Of a stretch of DNA of 64,000 nt, positions 13,537 through 27,830 are shown piece by piece. Below the pieces are notes generated by a model. The model was not told where the DNA came from. It did no database searches and saw only the letters and a list, made by a program, of their open reading frames with translations. Position 1 is the stretch's first letter. Every line of letters begins with the position of its first letter. The translations under genes and the position numbers were made by a program. Source of the stretch: the human T2T-CHM13v2.0 reference genome, Homo sapiens; the NCBI RefSeq assembly GCF_009914755.1, contig NC_060926.1. One strand, 5' to 3'.

Positions 13537-13918
13537 GCTAAGATAATTGAACAGGAAAAAGAGAGTCCTTTGAACATATGGTGCTAGAACAACTGTGTAT
13601 TCATACTGAGGGAAGAAAATGAAGCTCGGTGCCGTCTCAGCATAAACAAAGAACACTCAGAGTAAAACTCAAAGTGGATCACAGACCTAAATGTAAAAGC
13701 TAAAATCGTATATATTTTAGAAGGAAACATAGGAGACTATCTTACTGATTTGGGATTAGACAACAATTTCATAGACAGGACACAGAGAGCAATAACCCAA
13801 AAGGAAAAATTGATATATTACCCTTAATCGAAATTTAAAATTCTGCCCATCAAAAGACACCACTAAGAAAATGAAGAGGAAAACTACAGATTGTGATAAA
13901 ATGTTAGCAAAAACATTA

Positions 13919-14385
<467 letters not shown>

Positions 14386-14469
14386 TCAACATATTAATAA
14401 TCAGGAAAATGCAAATTAAAGTTGCAGCATGGCAGCACACGACCACCAGAAAGGCTAAAATTAAAAAAA

Positions 14470-15011
14470 GGTGGATGATGCATGGTCCCCACTGACCCCC
14501 CTTCCTGGTACTCCTGTCCTTGTGGCGTCCCTCCCCTTGAGTATGGGTGGGACCTATGACTTGCTTCTAACCAATAGAATATGGTGAAGGGGATTGGACG
14601 TCACTTCCGTGTTTACATCACAGAAGACCGTAACTTCCGTCTTGCCAGCCCATTCTCTCTAATGACTGTCTCCCTCGCTGGATGTGATGAAGTAGGCTAC
14701 ATTATGCAGCACCCCATGAAACAAAGAATTGAGTGTGACCACCAGGCAACATCTGGCAAGGAACTGAGTTCCAACAGTGCACAAGGAAGTGAATCCTGAC
14801 AACAGTCCCAAGAGCTTAGGAGTGAATCCTTCTCCACTCCAGCCTCAGATAAGTCTTGCCCTTAATTGCAGCCTCATGAAAGACTCTGAAACCTTGGGCC
14901 CAGGTAACCCATGCCAAGATTCCTGACCTGCAGAAACTGTGGGTCATCAAGCATGTTCTTTCAAGTCTCTACATGTGTAGTAATTTGTTATGCAGCTTTA
15001 GATAACCAAGA
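14470..15011 (+). mobile_element. MLT1E/F-like solo LTR
   Basis: ccctccccttgagtatgggtgggacctatgacttgcttctaaccaatagaatatgg...gattcctgacctgcagaaactgt...gtaatttgttatgcagc. Confidence 0.85.
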
Positions 15012-15667
15012 GATGGAACAATTGGAACTGCCCTACAGTTACGGTGGGGCATAAAATGACACAAGCATTTTGGAAAACAGTTGGGCAGTTTCTTATAAAA
15101 TTAAACAGACACTTACCCTAACACCCAGCATTGTGCTCTAGGTATTTACCTAAGAAAAATAAAACGTGTTTATACAAAGACTTATACATGAATATTTATA
15201 GCAGTTTTATACATAATAGCCTACAAGTAGAAACAACTCAAATGTCCATCCAAAGACAAATAACTAAAGTATGGAATATTCATACAGTAAAATACTACTC
15301 AGCAATCAAGAGGAATGAGCCACTAACACATTCAACAACATCGATGAATGTCAAAAACGTCATGTTGAGGAAAAGACCCCAGACATAAAAGAATATATTA
15401 TATATTAGTCCATTTATATTAAACTCTAGAAAGCACAAATCTAATCTTTGATCATAGAAAATAGATCTGTGGTCATCTAAAACTGGGGGTGTGAGGTCAG
15501 GATTGACAGCAAAGGCTCACAAGCCTGACTTTTGGGGGTGGTGGGCAAGTTCTACATCTTGATTGTGACAGTATTTACAATCAACTGTCAAAACTCATGG
15601 AGCTGTTCACTTAAAGTTGGTAAATTATATTTTATGTAAATTTTTCCTTGATAAAGTTTTTTTAAAT

Positions 15668-16885
15668 GATCTCAAGGTGGATTAAAGACTTAAACTGTAA
15701 AACTCCCAGGAGAAAACATACAGAGGATCCTTCATTATATTGGTATTGGCAGTGATTTATTGGATATGATGCCAAAAGCACAGTACACAAAAACAAAAAC
15801 AGAATACAGCAACGGAACAATTAACAGAGTGAAAAAGTAACCTGTGGAATGGGAAAATGGGAATGCTGTTCTGCATAGCAACGGAACAATTGGCAGAGTG
15901 AAAAGGTAACCTATGGAACGGGAAAATATATTTGCAAACTATATATCTGACAAGGGGTTAATATTCAAAATTTATAAGGAACTCATATAACTCAATAGTA
16001 AAAAAGTGAAATAACCCAATTTAAAAATGGGCTAAGCACTTGAGTAGTCATTTCTTTAAGGAAGGCATACGAATGGCCAAACAGTACATGAAAACATGCT
16101 CAACATCACTAATCATCAGGAAAATGCAAATGAAAACCACAATGAAATGTCACATTACACTAGTTAGGAGGGCTATTACCCGCCCCCACCCCCACCCCTA
16201 TCCCCCCAAAAAAACACAGAAGGTAAGCATTGGAGAAATTAGAGCCCTTTTACACTGTTAGTGAGAATATAAAATGATGAAGCCACTATGGAAAACGGTA
16301 TCTTAATTCCTCACAAAATTAGAAATAGAATTAGTTTATGGTACAGCAATCTCACTTCTGGGTATTTATCCAAAAGAAGTAAAATTAGGATCTCAAAGAG
16401 ATATTTGCACTCCCATGTTTACTGTTGGCTATTCGCAATAGCCAACATGTGGAAACAAACTAAATATCCATCAACAGGTGAATGGATAAAGACAATAGGG
16501 TACATATGGACAATGGAATATTATTAAGCCTTAAAAAGAAGGAAATCCTGCCATATGCAACAACTTGGATGAAAGCGAGGACATTATAGCAAGTGACATA
16601 TTTAGGACAAATACTGCATGATGTCACTTAAAAAGGTATCTAAAATAGTCAAACTCTTATAAGCAGAAAGTAGAATGGTGGTTGCCAGGAGCTGGGGGAA
16701 GAGGGACATAGGAAGTTGTGACTTGATGGGTATAAAGTTTCAGTTAGGCAAGATGAGTAAGTTCTAGAGATTTGCTGTACAGCATTCTGCCTGTGGTTCA
16801 CTATACTGTAGCATACACTCAAAAATTTATTAAGAGGGTAGATCTAATGTTACATGATCTTACCACAAGTAATTTTTTAAAAATA
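15668..16885 (+). mobile_element. L1MA/L1MB 3' portion
   Basis: ORF2 C-terminus (KTCSTSLIIRKMQMKTTMK) and 3'UTR gggtataaagtttcagttaggcaagatgagtaagttctagag. Confidence 0.9.
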
Positions 16886-17014
16886 AATCTTCCAATAGCC
16901 ATTTGCTCAAGGGCTATCTTCTGCTGCACCTAGACCAGGTAGGTGTGTGTTGGCTGTGCAACCCTGAGTTTCCCTTTCCACCATACTTTTTACACATTTG
17001 TGTCATGGACTGTT

Positions 17015-17152
17015 TAGTCGTGGGTCTTTCCATCTAAAATACAAGCCCTTTGAACCCAGGGGCTGCAGCCACACCGTACACTATTATCTCCTCAGTGCCG
17101 ACAGTGCCTGGCCTGGGGCAGACACTCAGCAAATATTTGTGGAATAAATGAA
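17015..17152 (+). mobile_element. L2 3' end
   Basis: acagtgcctggc...cactcagcaaatatttgtggaataaatgaa. Confidence 0.75.
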
Positions 17153-18084
17153 ACTATGTCGTTCTTCTGCCATTGTGTGGGGTTAGTCAGTCTTAACTGA
17201 GCTATTTTGTGGTCTTTATAAAATTCCCCATTGAAGACTGTGCATTCCATCCTGACTGAGTTTCTACAGACTTACTGTATTTCTCTGCCAAGTTCACTCC
17301 AACAGACAACTGTGATCAAAACTATGATGCCAGAATTGGTCCAAACTAAGAAAACCCTCTCCCCCGCTCATTTCTGTCTGGGCAGGCTACTCATGACACT
17401 TGACAAGTCCCAGCCTTGATCAAGAACAGCTGGGCTGAGCTTCTTCCCATGTTTCAGTGTCAGGGAATGGAGGAGGGTTCTTACCAGTTCTTTCAGGCGA
17501 GATTGGCAATTCCTTCCTCCGGGAACCCCAGAGCCGGCTGTTCTTACCTCTAGCCTAACATCAGATGATTGTGTTGTTGACCTTCTGATCAGATACAGAA
17601 GCTGTATGATTTCTACAAAGGGAGAGTCAAAATCGCCTTTTAACGACTGAAACAGGAGACTATGGGGACTGGGGCACTGCTGGTACTGCCAGACTCTGTC
17701 CCACGTGGTGTGACTTGATGGGAAGGGTTTTTCCATGAATGGCCCACACAGGCATGCTTATTGAAAACATATGTAAAATATACCCATTACATCATTCTTC
17801 CAGCCTGTGCTTTCCTGGGAAATCCCAGTGTAGTAAAGTTAGGAAATCTAACTGCTTTTCCACTCACACAGCACTTTACTATTCACATTGGCCAAGTAGG
17901 GGAGCCGCACTTGGCTTGACTCTCTCCCTGTGTTTCTGCACATAAAGGAGCAGATGTAAGAGTCCAAATGGTTGATTCATCCACAGACCCTAACACCTTA
18001 AGGTCACGGGTGAATAGAGAAGCAAGAATTAACAATTTAATGCTTTATTTCCAATACAACATGGAAGTTCAAAATTAAATATCA

Positions 18085-18508
<424 letters not shown>

Positions 18509-19904
18509 TTATTCATCTTTCCATCAAGGACACCTGGATGTTTACTTATTCTGTATTTCTAGAGCACAACCAAGGAAGGGGCCGCTTTGGGGGTACCCAG
18601 GGAGGATGTGAAGGCCATTGAACAAGCGTTGCCGCTGTGCTAAGTAACCCTTCTTCCTTCCTCAGATCGTTGGCTGGGGCAGAATTGGCCCAGGCAAACA
18701 GCCACGCTGCATCCACTCACATTTCCCACATTTTTCATAAATGCTGCAAATTTTCCCAGGGTTTAATTCAAACCAAAATATGTGTGTTCCTATCTACTGT
18801 GAGCAGGGGACCAGACACACACAAGAGTAGACTGAGGCTCCATTTTCTGGCCCATTGCAAAATTTATTTTTCTGTGCACTTGCCACTTGAGGGTGTTTAC
18901 CTGCTGCAAGATACATTACACCTTCGTAGAACTCAGGGCTAAAGGGGAGGTCACTTGAGGTGTCACAGCAACCATGGAAAACTGAAAAAGGCTTTACTAG
19001 GAATCATGTGGACCCAGTGAGCAGACGTGAAGCAGCTGTGAAGATCTAAGTCGATCTGAACGCAACAATCTCTTTTGGTCCCTTTCAGCCCTGAGTTAGG
19101 CAGCTCTGATGTGTTACACTTCGCGGAGCACTGCTGAGGCAGCTGAGGACAAGCCGACCCAAGCCTGCCCTCATGAAGCTTGACGCACGGATTTCACATT
19201 CAACGCCTACCCCCGTCACTGGATTCCATCCAGATTTGACTGACTTGAGACCAGTCCCTTTGTTCTTGGCTGCAACTGCACCGACCCAGACCCATGCCCC
19301 TCTGAAACTGGCTGCTCTGCTTCCCAGCCCCCAAAATGATTGTCCCCCAGATAGCTTTGAACGGAGGGGTCTCCCGGGATGCAGAACATTTAATGCTAAA
19401 AGCAGAATGTCCCAGGCAACCCGGGCTGAGTTGGTCACCTTACCTCCAAGTGAGAGATGACCTCATCAGGAGGGAAAGTGAAAGTGGAGAAACCAGAAGC
19501 AGTTTCTCACCCGGACTACTGCAATAGATCCATGCAACTTGAACAACCACCACTTTCCCTGGCATACCTGTGTTCACACACAAATGTGATTGAGGGGAAT
19601 TGCAGAGGCCGCAGTCTAGTAAAATGAGCTTTTCACTAGACTGACATCCAGAGAGACAGCCATAACCCAACCACTGGTGACCTGATCTCCCCTCCAGATT
19701 CTTCCCTTGTGGCTACTCTCCCTCCACACTCACCCCCACATTTCAGGCCCAGAGCCTGCCAGTTCATGCTGGGCCCCAGACAGTTGCCTAAATGGTTCCC
19801 TCTGCCTTTCCTGCCAGCAACTCACAGATACTCACTTCATTTCTGCCTCTGCCTCGGCCCCTGTCCCTGCTTCCATCCTGTGTCTGCTGTCCCTGGCAGT
19901 AGGA

Positions 19905-20045
19905 GCAATAGTTAAGAGCCCAGGAAGTGTGGGAGTCAGATACCTGGGGTCTGGATATTGCTTCTTTCCAGTGGGCACCCTGGCAAGTCACACTCTTCAA
20001 GCCTCAGTTTCCTCATCTGGAAAATGAGAATATCTACCTAACGGT
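19905..20045 (+). mobile_element. MIR
   Basis: gttaagagc...ggcaagtcac...gcctcagtttcctcatctggaaaatgag. Confidence 0.8.
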
Positions 20046-20248
20046 AAGATGATATACCTGCATGAAGAGTGACACAGGAAAACCCTCAACTGATGGAAAC
20101 ACTCTAGTCCAGTGCAACCATTTGTTTACAAGGTTTATGCTTTGGTCTTCATGTTCCTAGTGCCTGGCCTGAGCTATCTGTTGAATGAAGGAGGTTTGCT
20201 GAAAAGATGAGGATCCAGCTTCTTGTAGAACTGGTTAGTGAGAACATC

Positions 20249-20833
20249 TGTATTAATCAGGATTCTCCAGAGGGACAGAACAAATAGGATATATGTATAT
20301 ATGAGAAGGAGTTTATTAGGGAGAATTGGCTCACATGATTACAAGGCAAAGTCCCACGAAAGGCCATCTGCAAGCTGGGGAAAGAGGAGCCAATAGTGGC
20401 TTAGTCTGAGTACCAAAGCGTCGAAACCAGGGAAGCTGACAATGCAGCCTTCAGTCTGTGGCCAAATGCCCAGGAGCCCCTGGCAAGCCACTGGTGCAAG
20501 CCCCAGAGTCCAAAGGACAAAGAACCTGGAATCTGATGTCCAAAGGCAAGAGGAGCAGAAGCAAGTGTCCGGCACTGGAAGAAGAAGGAAGCTGGAAGAT
20601 TCAGCAAGCAAAACCATGCCACTTTCTTCTGCTTGCTTTGTGCCAGCCATGCTGGCAGCCGATTGGGTGGTGCCAACCCACATTGAGGGAGGGTCTTCTG
20701 CTCCCAGTTCACCCACTCAAATGTCAATCTCCTCTGACAAAACCCTCCCAGACACACCCAGAAACAATACTTCACCAGCCATCTAGGCAACCCTCAATCC
20801 AATCAAGTTGACACCTAATTATTAACCATCACA
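20249..20833 (-). mobile_element. MLT2A2-like (HERVL) complete solo LTR
   Basis: TG...CA ends (tgtattaatcagg...attaaccatcaca); 5-bp TSD acatc/gcatc; MLT2A-type caatccaatcaagttgacac. Confidence 0.9.
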
Positions 20834-20959
20834 GCATCTTTTCATTAATCTTAGGGACAACTGCAAAAGTGACAAGTTGTGCTTTCCCAGCCCAGAGGGG
20901 TGAGTGACAAAGACATTCTCAAGCTCTTCACGTCTCAGAGTGGAGAATTTGGCACATGC

Positions 20960-22182
<1,223 letters not shown>

Positions 22183-23734
22183 CTAGTGCCCATCTCCCCC
22201 TGGGTGGAAATTCAGGCATGTCCTTTCCTCACGCATGGGGAATGAAGGCATGGGCTACAAGCAAGCCTGTCTACATTCCCTCTAGCTCTGAGTGCCTCTG
22301 AAGCATGTGGTTCAGATGTAGGGACATGTTAGATGCTTGCTAGAGAGATAGAATAGAGGGTAAGCTGAAAAAAAATTATCTTTACATGAAGTAAATTAAA
22401 TGGAAGCCAGTTTCCTCATAAAGGCCAATTCCGAACCCTATTAGTCATACATTAAGGCCTATGATAAGCCAGGCCACTCTAGTCTAAGTGTCCTGAAGGT
22501 AGTGATTACCTCCTTGGTGAGATTAGAGGAGCCACAAGAGGCCTAGTTTCTGAAAAATATCCCTTCTAGCAACTTCTCAGGTGTCTTCAATCCCTGTGTT
22601 CTCAGTCCGTTGGGAAGACATTATCTGCAAGAAGCTGTATTAAAACTCAGATATTTTTTCCATGATTGACTTTACTCTGTACTTATCTGGTCATATTTAT
22701 CCTGGCCCCCTGAGTGGTGGCCACTTTGCAAGGCACTGGAGCCACAGAGCCTCTGAGGTGCAGCCTCTGATTCAGGGGATTTGCAGCATGATGGGAGGAA
22801 GAGGTGAGGAAATAATGATTGCAGTCCTGTGCCAGGCAGGGGGAGGAGAGGGTGCTGGGGAATCGGGAGTCATGTGGGGAAGTGGATCTGAAAGGCTTCC
22901 TAGAGAAATCATGTCTGAGGCGGCCCAACCTAACAACAGAAGGTAATCACTCCTCCCCCAGATCAAGTGGGAGTTTCTCCAATATCAGATGAGCCCCAAA
23001 CTGCTGGCAAGTAGGTTGATCAGGAGCCGCAATAACTAAGCAGCAAGGGGAAACAGTCTCTCTGCACAGGTCCAACACTCCCTTTACCTACTGAGAGATG
23101 GATGTTAGGGGGACCGCGAAGGGAAAACCACAACATAACAAGTGGTCTGGCTCAGGAAGCCTCTTTGTGGAGGCACCAGGGGAGCTAGAGGGGATCAGTA
23201 GGTGGGACCCTACAATAAGCACCTGGCCTGGGAAGCCTGTTGGTCCCTGCAAGCCTGCAACTCCCCTCTGCAACCAAGAGACCCTCCAGCCCCTCAGGCT
23301 GGACCTCAGCAGGGACCTGGGGGAGCCTCAGCAGCACCAGCTAAACAAAGCTAAAATGCCCAGAAAATTTAACTCTCATTGGAAGCACAGCCCTTAGAAG
23401 TAGGTCAGTACTCCCATGCTAAATCTAAACAGGGTGACTGCCTACTAAAATATAAGAGTTAAATATAACCAGAGTCTTCTAACATAATAGACAAAAGGTC
23501 CAGGACACAATCAATGTCACCCACTGTACCAAGAACCAGAAAAATTTCAACTTGAGTAAGAAAAGACAATGAACTGATTCCAACCCCAGGATGAATCAGA
23601 TGTTGGAATTTTCTGACAAGAAATTTAAAGCCACCTTCATAAAAATGCTTCAATAATCAACTACAAACTTTCTTAAAGTGAATGAAAAAATAAAAATCTC
23701 AGCAAAGAAATAGATGCTATAAAAAAAGAAACTC

Positions 23735-24040
23735 AGGGGGTTGGAGAAATATTGGTCAAAAGATACAAAATTTCAGCTAGATAGGAGAAAAGAGTCCAAG
23801 AGATCTATTGTACAACATTGTGACTGTAGCTAATAACCATGTATTATATTCCTGAAAATTGCTATGAAAGTAGATTTTAAGTGTTCTCACTATAAAAGAC
23901 GGTATATGAGGTAATGCATGTGTTCATTAGCTTGAGTTAGCCATTCTACAATGTATACATATTTTAAAATGTCATCTTGTACACAGTAAATATATATATA
24001 TATATACACATATATATATAAAATTTCATTTGCCATATAA
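23735..24040 (+). mobile_element. L1MA 3'UTR fragment inserted in the older L1
   Basis: ttggtcaaaagatacaaaatttcagctagatagga...gtagattttaagtgttctcac; includes (TA)n at ~23990-24020. Confidence 0.85.
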
Positions 24041-24100
24041 GAAGGAAGGAAGGAAGGAAGGAAGGAATGAAGGAAGGGAGGGAGGGAGGGAGGAAAGGGG
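24041..24100 (+). repeat. (GGAA)n/(GGGA)n purine microsatellite
   Basis: About 6 consecutive GGAA followed by GGGA units. Confidence 0.95.
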
Positions 24101-25814
24101 AAACCCAAATGGAAATTATACTACAGAAAAATACAAGAACAGATATGAAAAAGTTGCCTGACAATCTCAGTAGTAGAGTGGAGAAGACAAAGGTTAGAAT
24201 CAGTGAACTAGATGGCAAATCAATAGAATTTACCCAATGAATAACAGAGAGAAAATAGCAAAGGCAAAAAAGTGAAAAGAGCCTCATGAAAAAATGAAAC
24301 TTAGTTGCATCATTGGATCTTCAGAAGAAGAAAAGAAAGAGACTTGGGATAAAAGAATGTTTGAAGGAATAATAGCTGAAAACTTCCCAAATTTGGTGAA
24401 AGATATTAACCTACAGAATTACGAAACTGAGAAAACCCCAAATAGGACAAACCAAAGAAATCTGTGCCAAGATACATCACAATTTGATTTCTGAAAACTA
24501 AAGATAAAGGAAAAAAATCTTTAGAGCAACTAGAGAAAAATGATACATTACCTACAGAGGAGCATCAGTTTGAATTTTTCATCAGAAACTATGGAGGCCA
24601 GAAGGCAGTGGCACAACATTTTTCAAGGGCTGAAAGAAAGGAACTGACAACCATGATATGTGGCAAAACTGTCCTTACGTAATGAAAGGGGAAAATAAAG
24701 ACATTCTCAGACAAAGGAAACTAAGGGAATTTGTCAGTAGCAGACCTATCTTCAGAGATTGACTAAAGAAAGCTCTTCAAACAAAACGATAGAAGAAGGA
24801 AGCTTGGAACATTGGGAAAACAAAAGGACAACAGAAATAGAAGAAATATGGGTACATACTGTAGATAATTCTTTTCTTGAGTTTTAGAAATAATAATTTG
24901 ATAACTGAAACAAAAATTATGACAACAGCTAATATTCAGGCCAATGATATTTGAATGCGGGGAAGGTAAAGGGACCTAAAAGGACATAAGGTTTCCACAC
25001 TTCACTTGCAGTGGAAACATTGATACAGTAGGCTAAGATAATAACCAGAGTGACCACTAAACCCTACAGATACACTCAAAATAAGCTATAAATAAATCAG
25101 AACAGAATCCTAAAAATATTCAAGTAACCACAGGAAGGCAAGATATAGACGAATAAGAACCATAGGAAACAAATTAAAAACAATAATAACATGGGAGACA
25201 TAAGTGCTAACTTGTCAATAATTACCTTAAATGTAAATAACCTAAATGTACCAATATGAAGACAGATTGATAAAGAGGCTAAAACATCATGACCCGACTA
25301 TATGCTGTTGACAAGAAACACACTTTAAATTCAATGTAGGAAAGAAAGCCCTGAAAATGGAAGGGACCCACTTCAAGTCACATGACCAGTTAGCAGGGCA
25401 TGGACTAGGATCCGGGTCTCTTCTGCCCACACACCAAGCCCAAACACAGACTGTGCCCCCTCCAACCCATTTCACTGTACTGTTCCCGTTGTCTATACTC
25501 TGGAGGTTCATTTCCCCTTGCATGTAGCAGGAGTGAGGATGTAGGAGGTGGTCCTTTACCTTTAATGAGAATTGAAATAGAGAAATATCTCACATGAGCA
25601 ACCTGGCTGTACCTCCTTTTCATCACCCTGGCGTATTCCTGTCTAGCAGAATTTTTCTTGCTAGTATCATGTTGCTGTGTTGGATGTGCACCCTCCCTCA
25701 TCCCCTGACTCTGCCCCTATAATCTCTCAGATTATTTCAGAGGTGACAGTCCCTAGGTGACAGGCTGGAACTTGAAGCAGCTAATCATCCTTCTGACAAC
25801 TAAAACTGCTGCAT

Positions 25815-26650
<836 letters not shown>

Positions 26651-26654
26651 CTAA

Positions 26655-27190
26655 AATTCAAGGGCAAAGAATGTATGCCCCCAACAATTTTTTTTTTTTT
26701 TGAGACATAGTCTCTCTCTGTCACCCAGGCTGGAGTGCAGTGGTGTGATCTCAGCTCACTGCAACCTCTGCCTCCTGGGTTTAAGCAATTCTGTGCTTCA
26801 GCCTTCCAAGTAGCTGGGATTACAGGCATGTGCCACCATGCCCGGCTAAGTTTTGTATCTTTAGTAGAGATGGGGTTTCACCATCTTGGCCAGGCTGGTC
26901 TTGAACTCCTGACCTCATGATCCACCCACCTCAGACTCCCAAAGTGCTGGAATTACAGGCATGAGCCACCGTGCCCTGCCAGATGTATGCCCCTTCTGAG
27001 AAGCTTTAAGAGCTGGTGCGTCATTCACCAGCTTCCCTTTCCTCTACATGCTCTGACAAAATCTTTATCATTCTGACCCTCACTGCTGCCCCACATTGAA
27101 CATATAGCATGAGTGAGAAAGCGACCTGCCATGTCGCTGAGATGTGGGGGTTATTACCATAGTGTCATCTTGCTTGACCTGACCAATATG
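26655..27190 (+). mobile_element. Old MLT1 LTR fragment, split by an Alu
   Basis: gaagctttaagagctggtgcg...catatagcatgagtgagaaa...ctgagatgtgggggttattaccatag...cctgaccaata. Confidence 0.6.
26688..26980 (-). mobile_element. AluS
   Basis: Full dimer; TSD atgtatgcccc at 26671-26681 and 26983-26993. Confidence 0.95.
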
Positions 27191-27424
27191 GAAACAAAAA
27201 ACAAATATAGAGACAGACTAAGATAGTAGTGTAGCTATTTCACTTCACTATATGATTATTATACAGTATGAAGGTGGCATATCATTTCAAACTATTGCCT
27301 GAATGAGAAAACTGAAAATGAATCTATACATCTCATAAAAGACAACAACAAGAAAAGTATACAGAAACACAGTTTCTCAATTATTCTACGTTTAGAAGAG
27401 TGGAAATTTCAGATTCATGAATGT

Positions 27425-27830
27425 CTTTTCTCCATTCATTCAAAAAGTATTTATTGTGCAATACCTATGAGTCAAGTACAGGGTTAGATACTCAAAATAG
27501 AAGACAAATAGTTCCTGTTCTCAAAAGCTTGTCATCAAACACTGCAGATGGTATGAAACCACGTCAAAGGCAATGTGATAAATGGGGAGGAATAATATTC
27601 ACCCATTTCTCTAGCATTTGCCATGCACCAACTCTATGCAAGCCATTTTATACACTTTATCTCATTTCAACCCACCACAGCCTTATTAATTGGGAGTTAT
27701 AATCTCAGTATTAGACCTGAAGGAACTGAGGCTCAGAGAAGCTAAGTAACTAACTTAAGGTTACCCAGGTGGTAAGTGGCAGAACCAGCATGCAAACACA
27801 GATTGGCATATCTCCAAAGCCTAAGCTCCT
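27425..27830 (-). mobile_element. L2 3' end followed by a MIR
   Basis: cattcattcaaaaagtatttattg; MIR gaaggaactgaggctcagagaagctaagtaacta. Confidence 0.8.

Larger units (their letters stand above)
22940..25345 (+). mobile_element. Ancient L1M 5' half (5'UTR, ORF1, start of ORF2)
   Basis: ORF1 motifs (FEGIIAENFPNLVKDINLQ in the ORF track; gaaactatggaggccagaaggcagtgg) and ORF2 start (ataattaccttaaatgtaaat...tatatgctgttgacaagaaacacactt). Confidence 0.8.

Noticed and set aside
20339-20811. Four overlapping ORFs of more than 110 aa
   Set aside because: All lie within the MLT2A LTR
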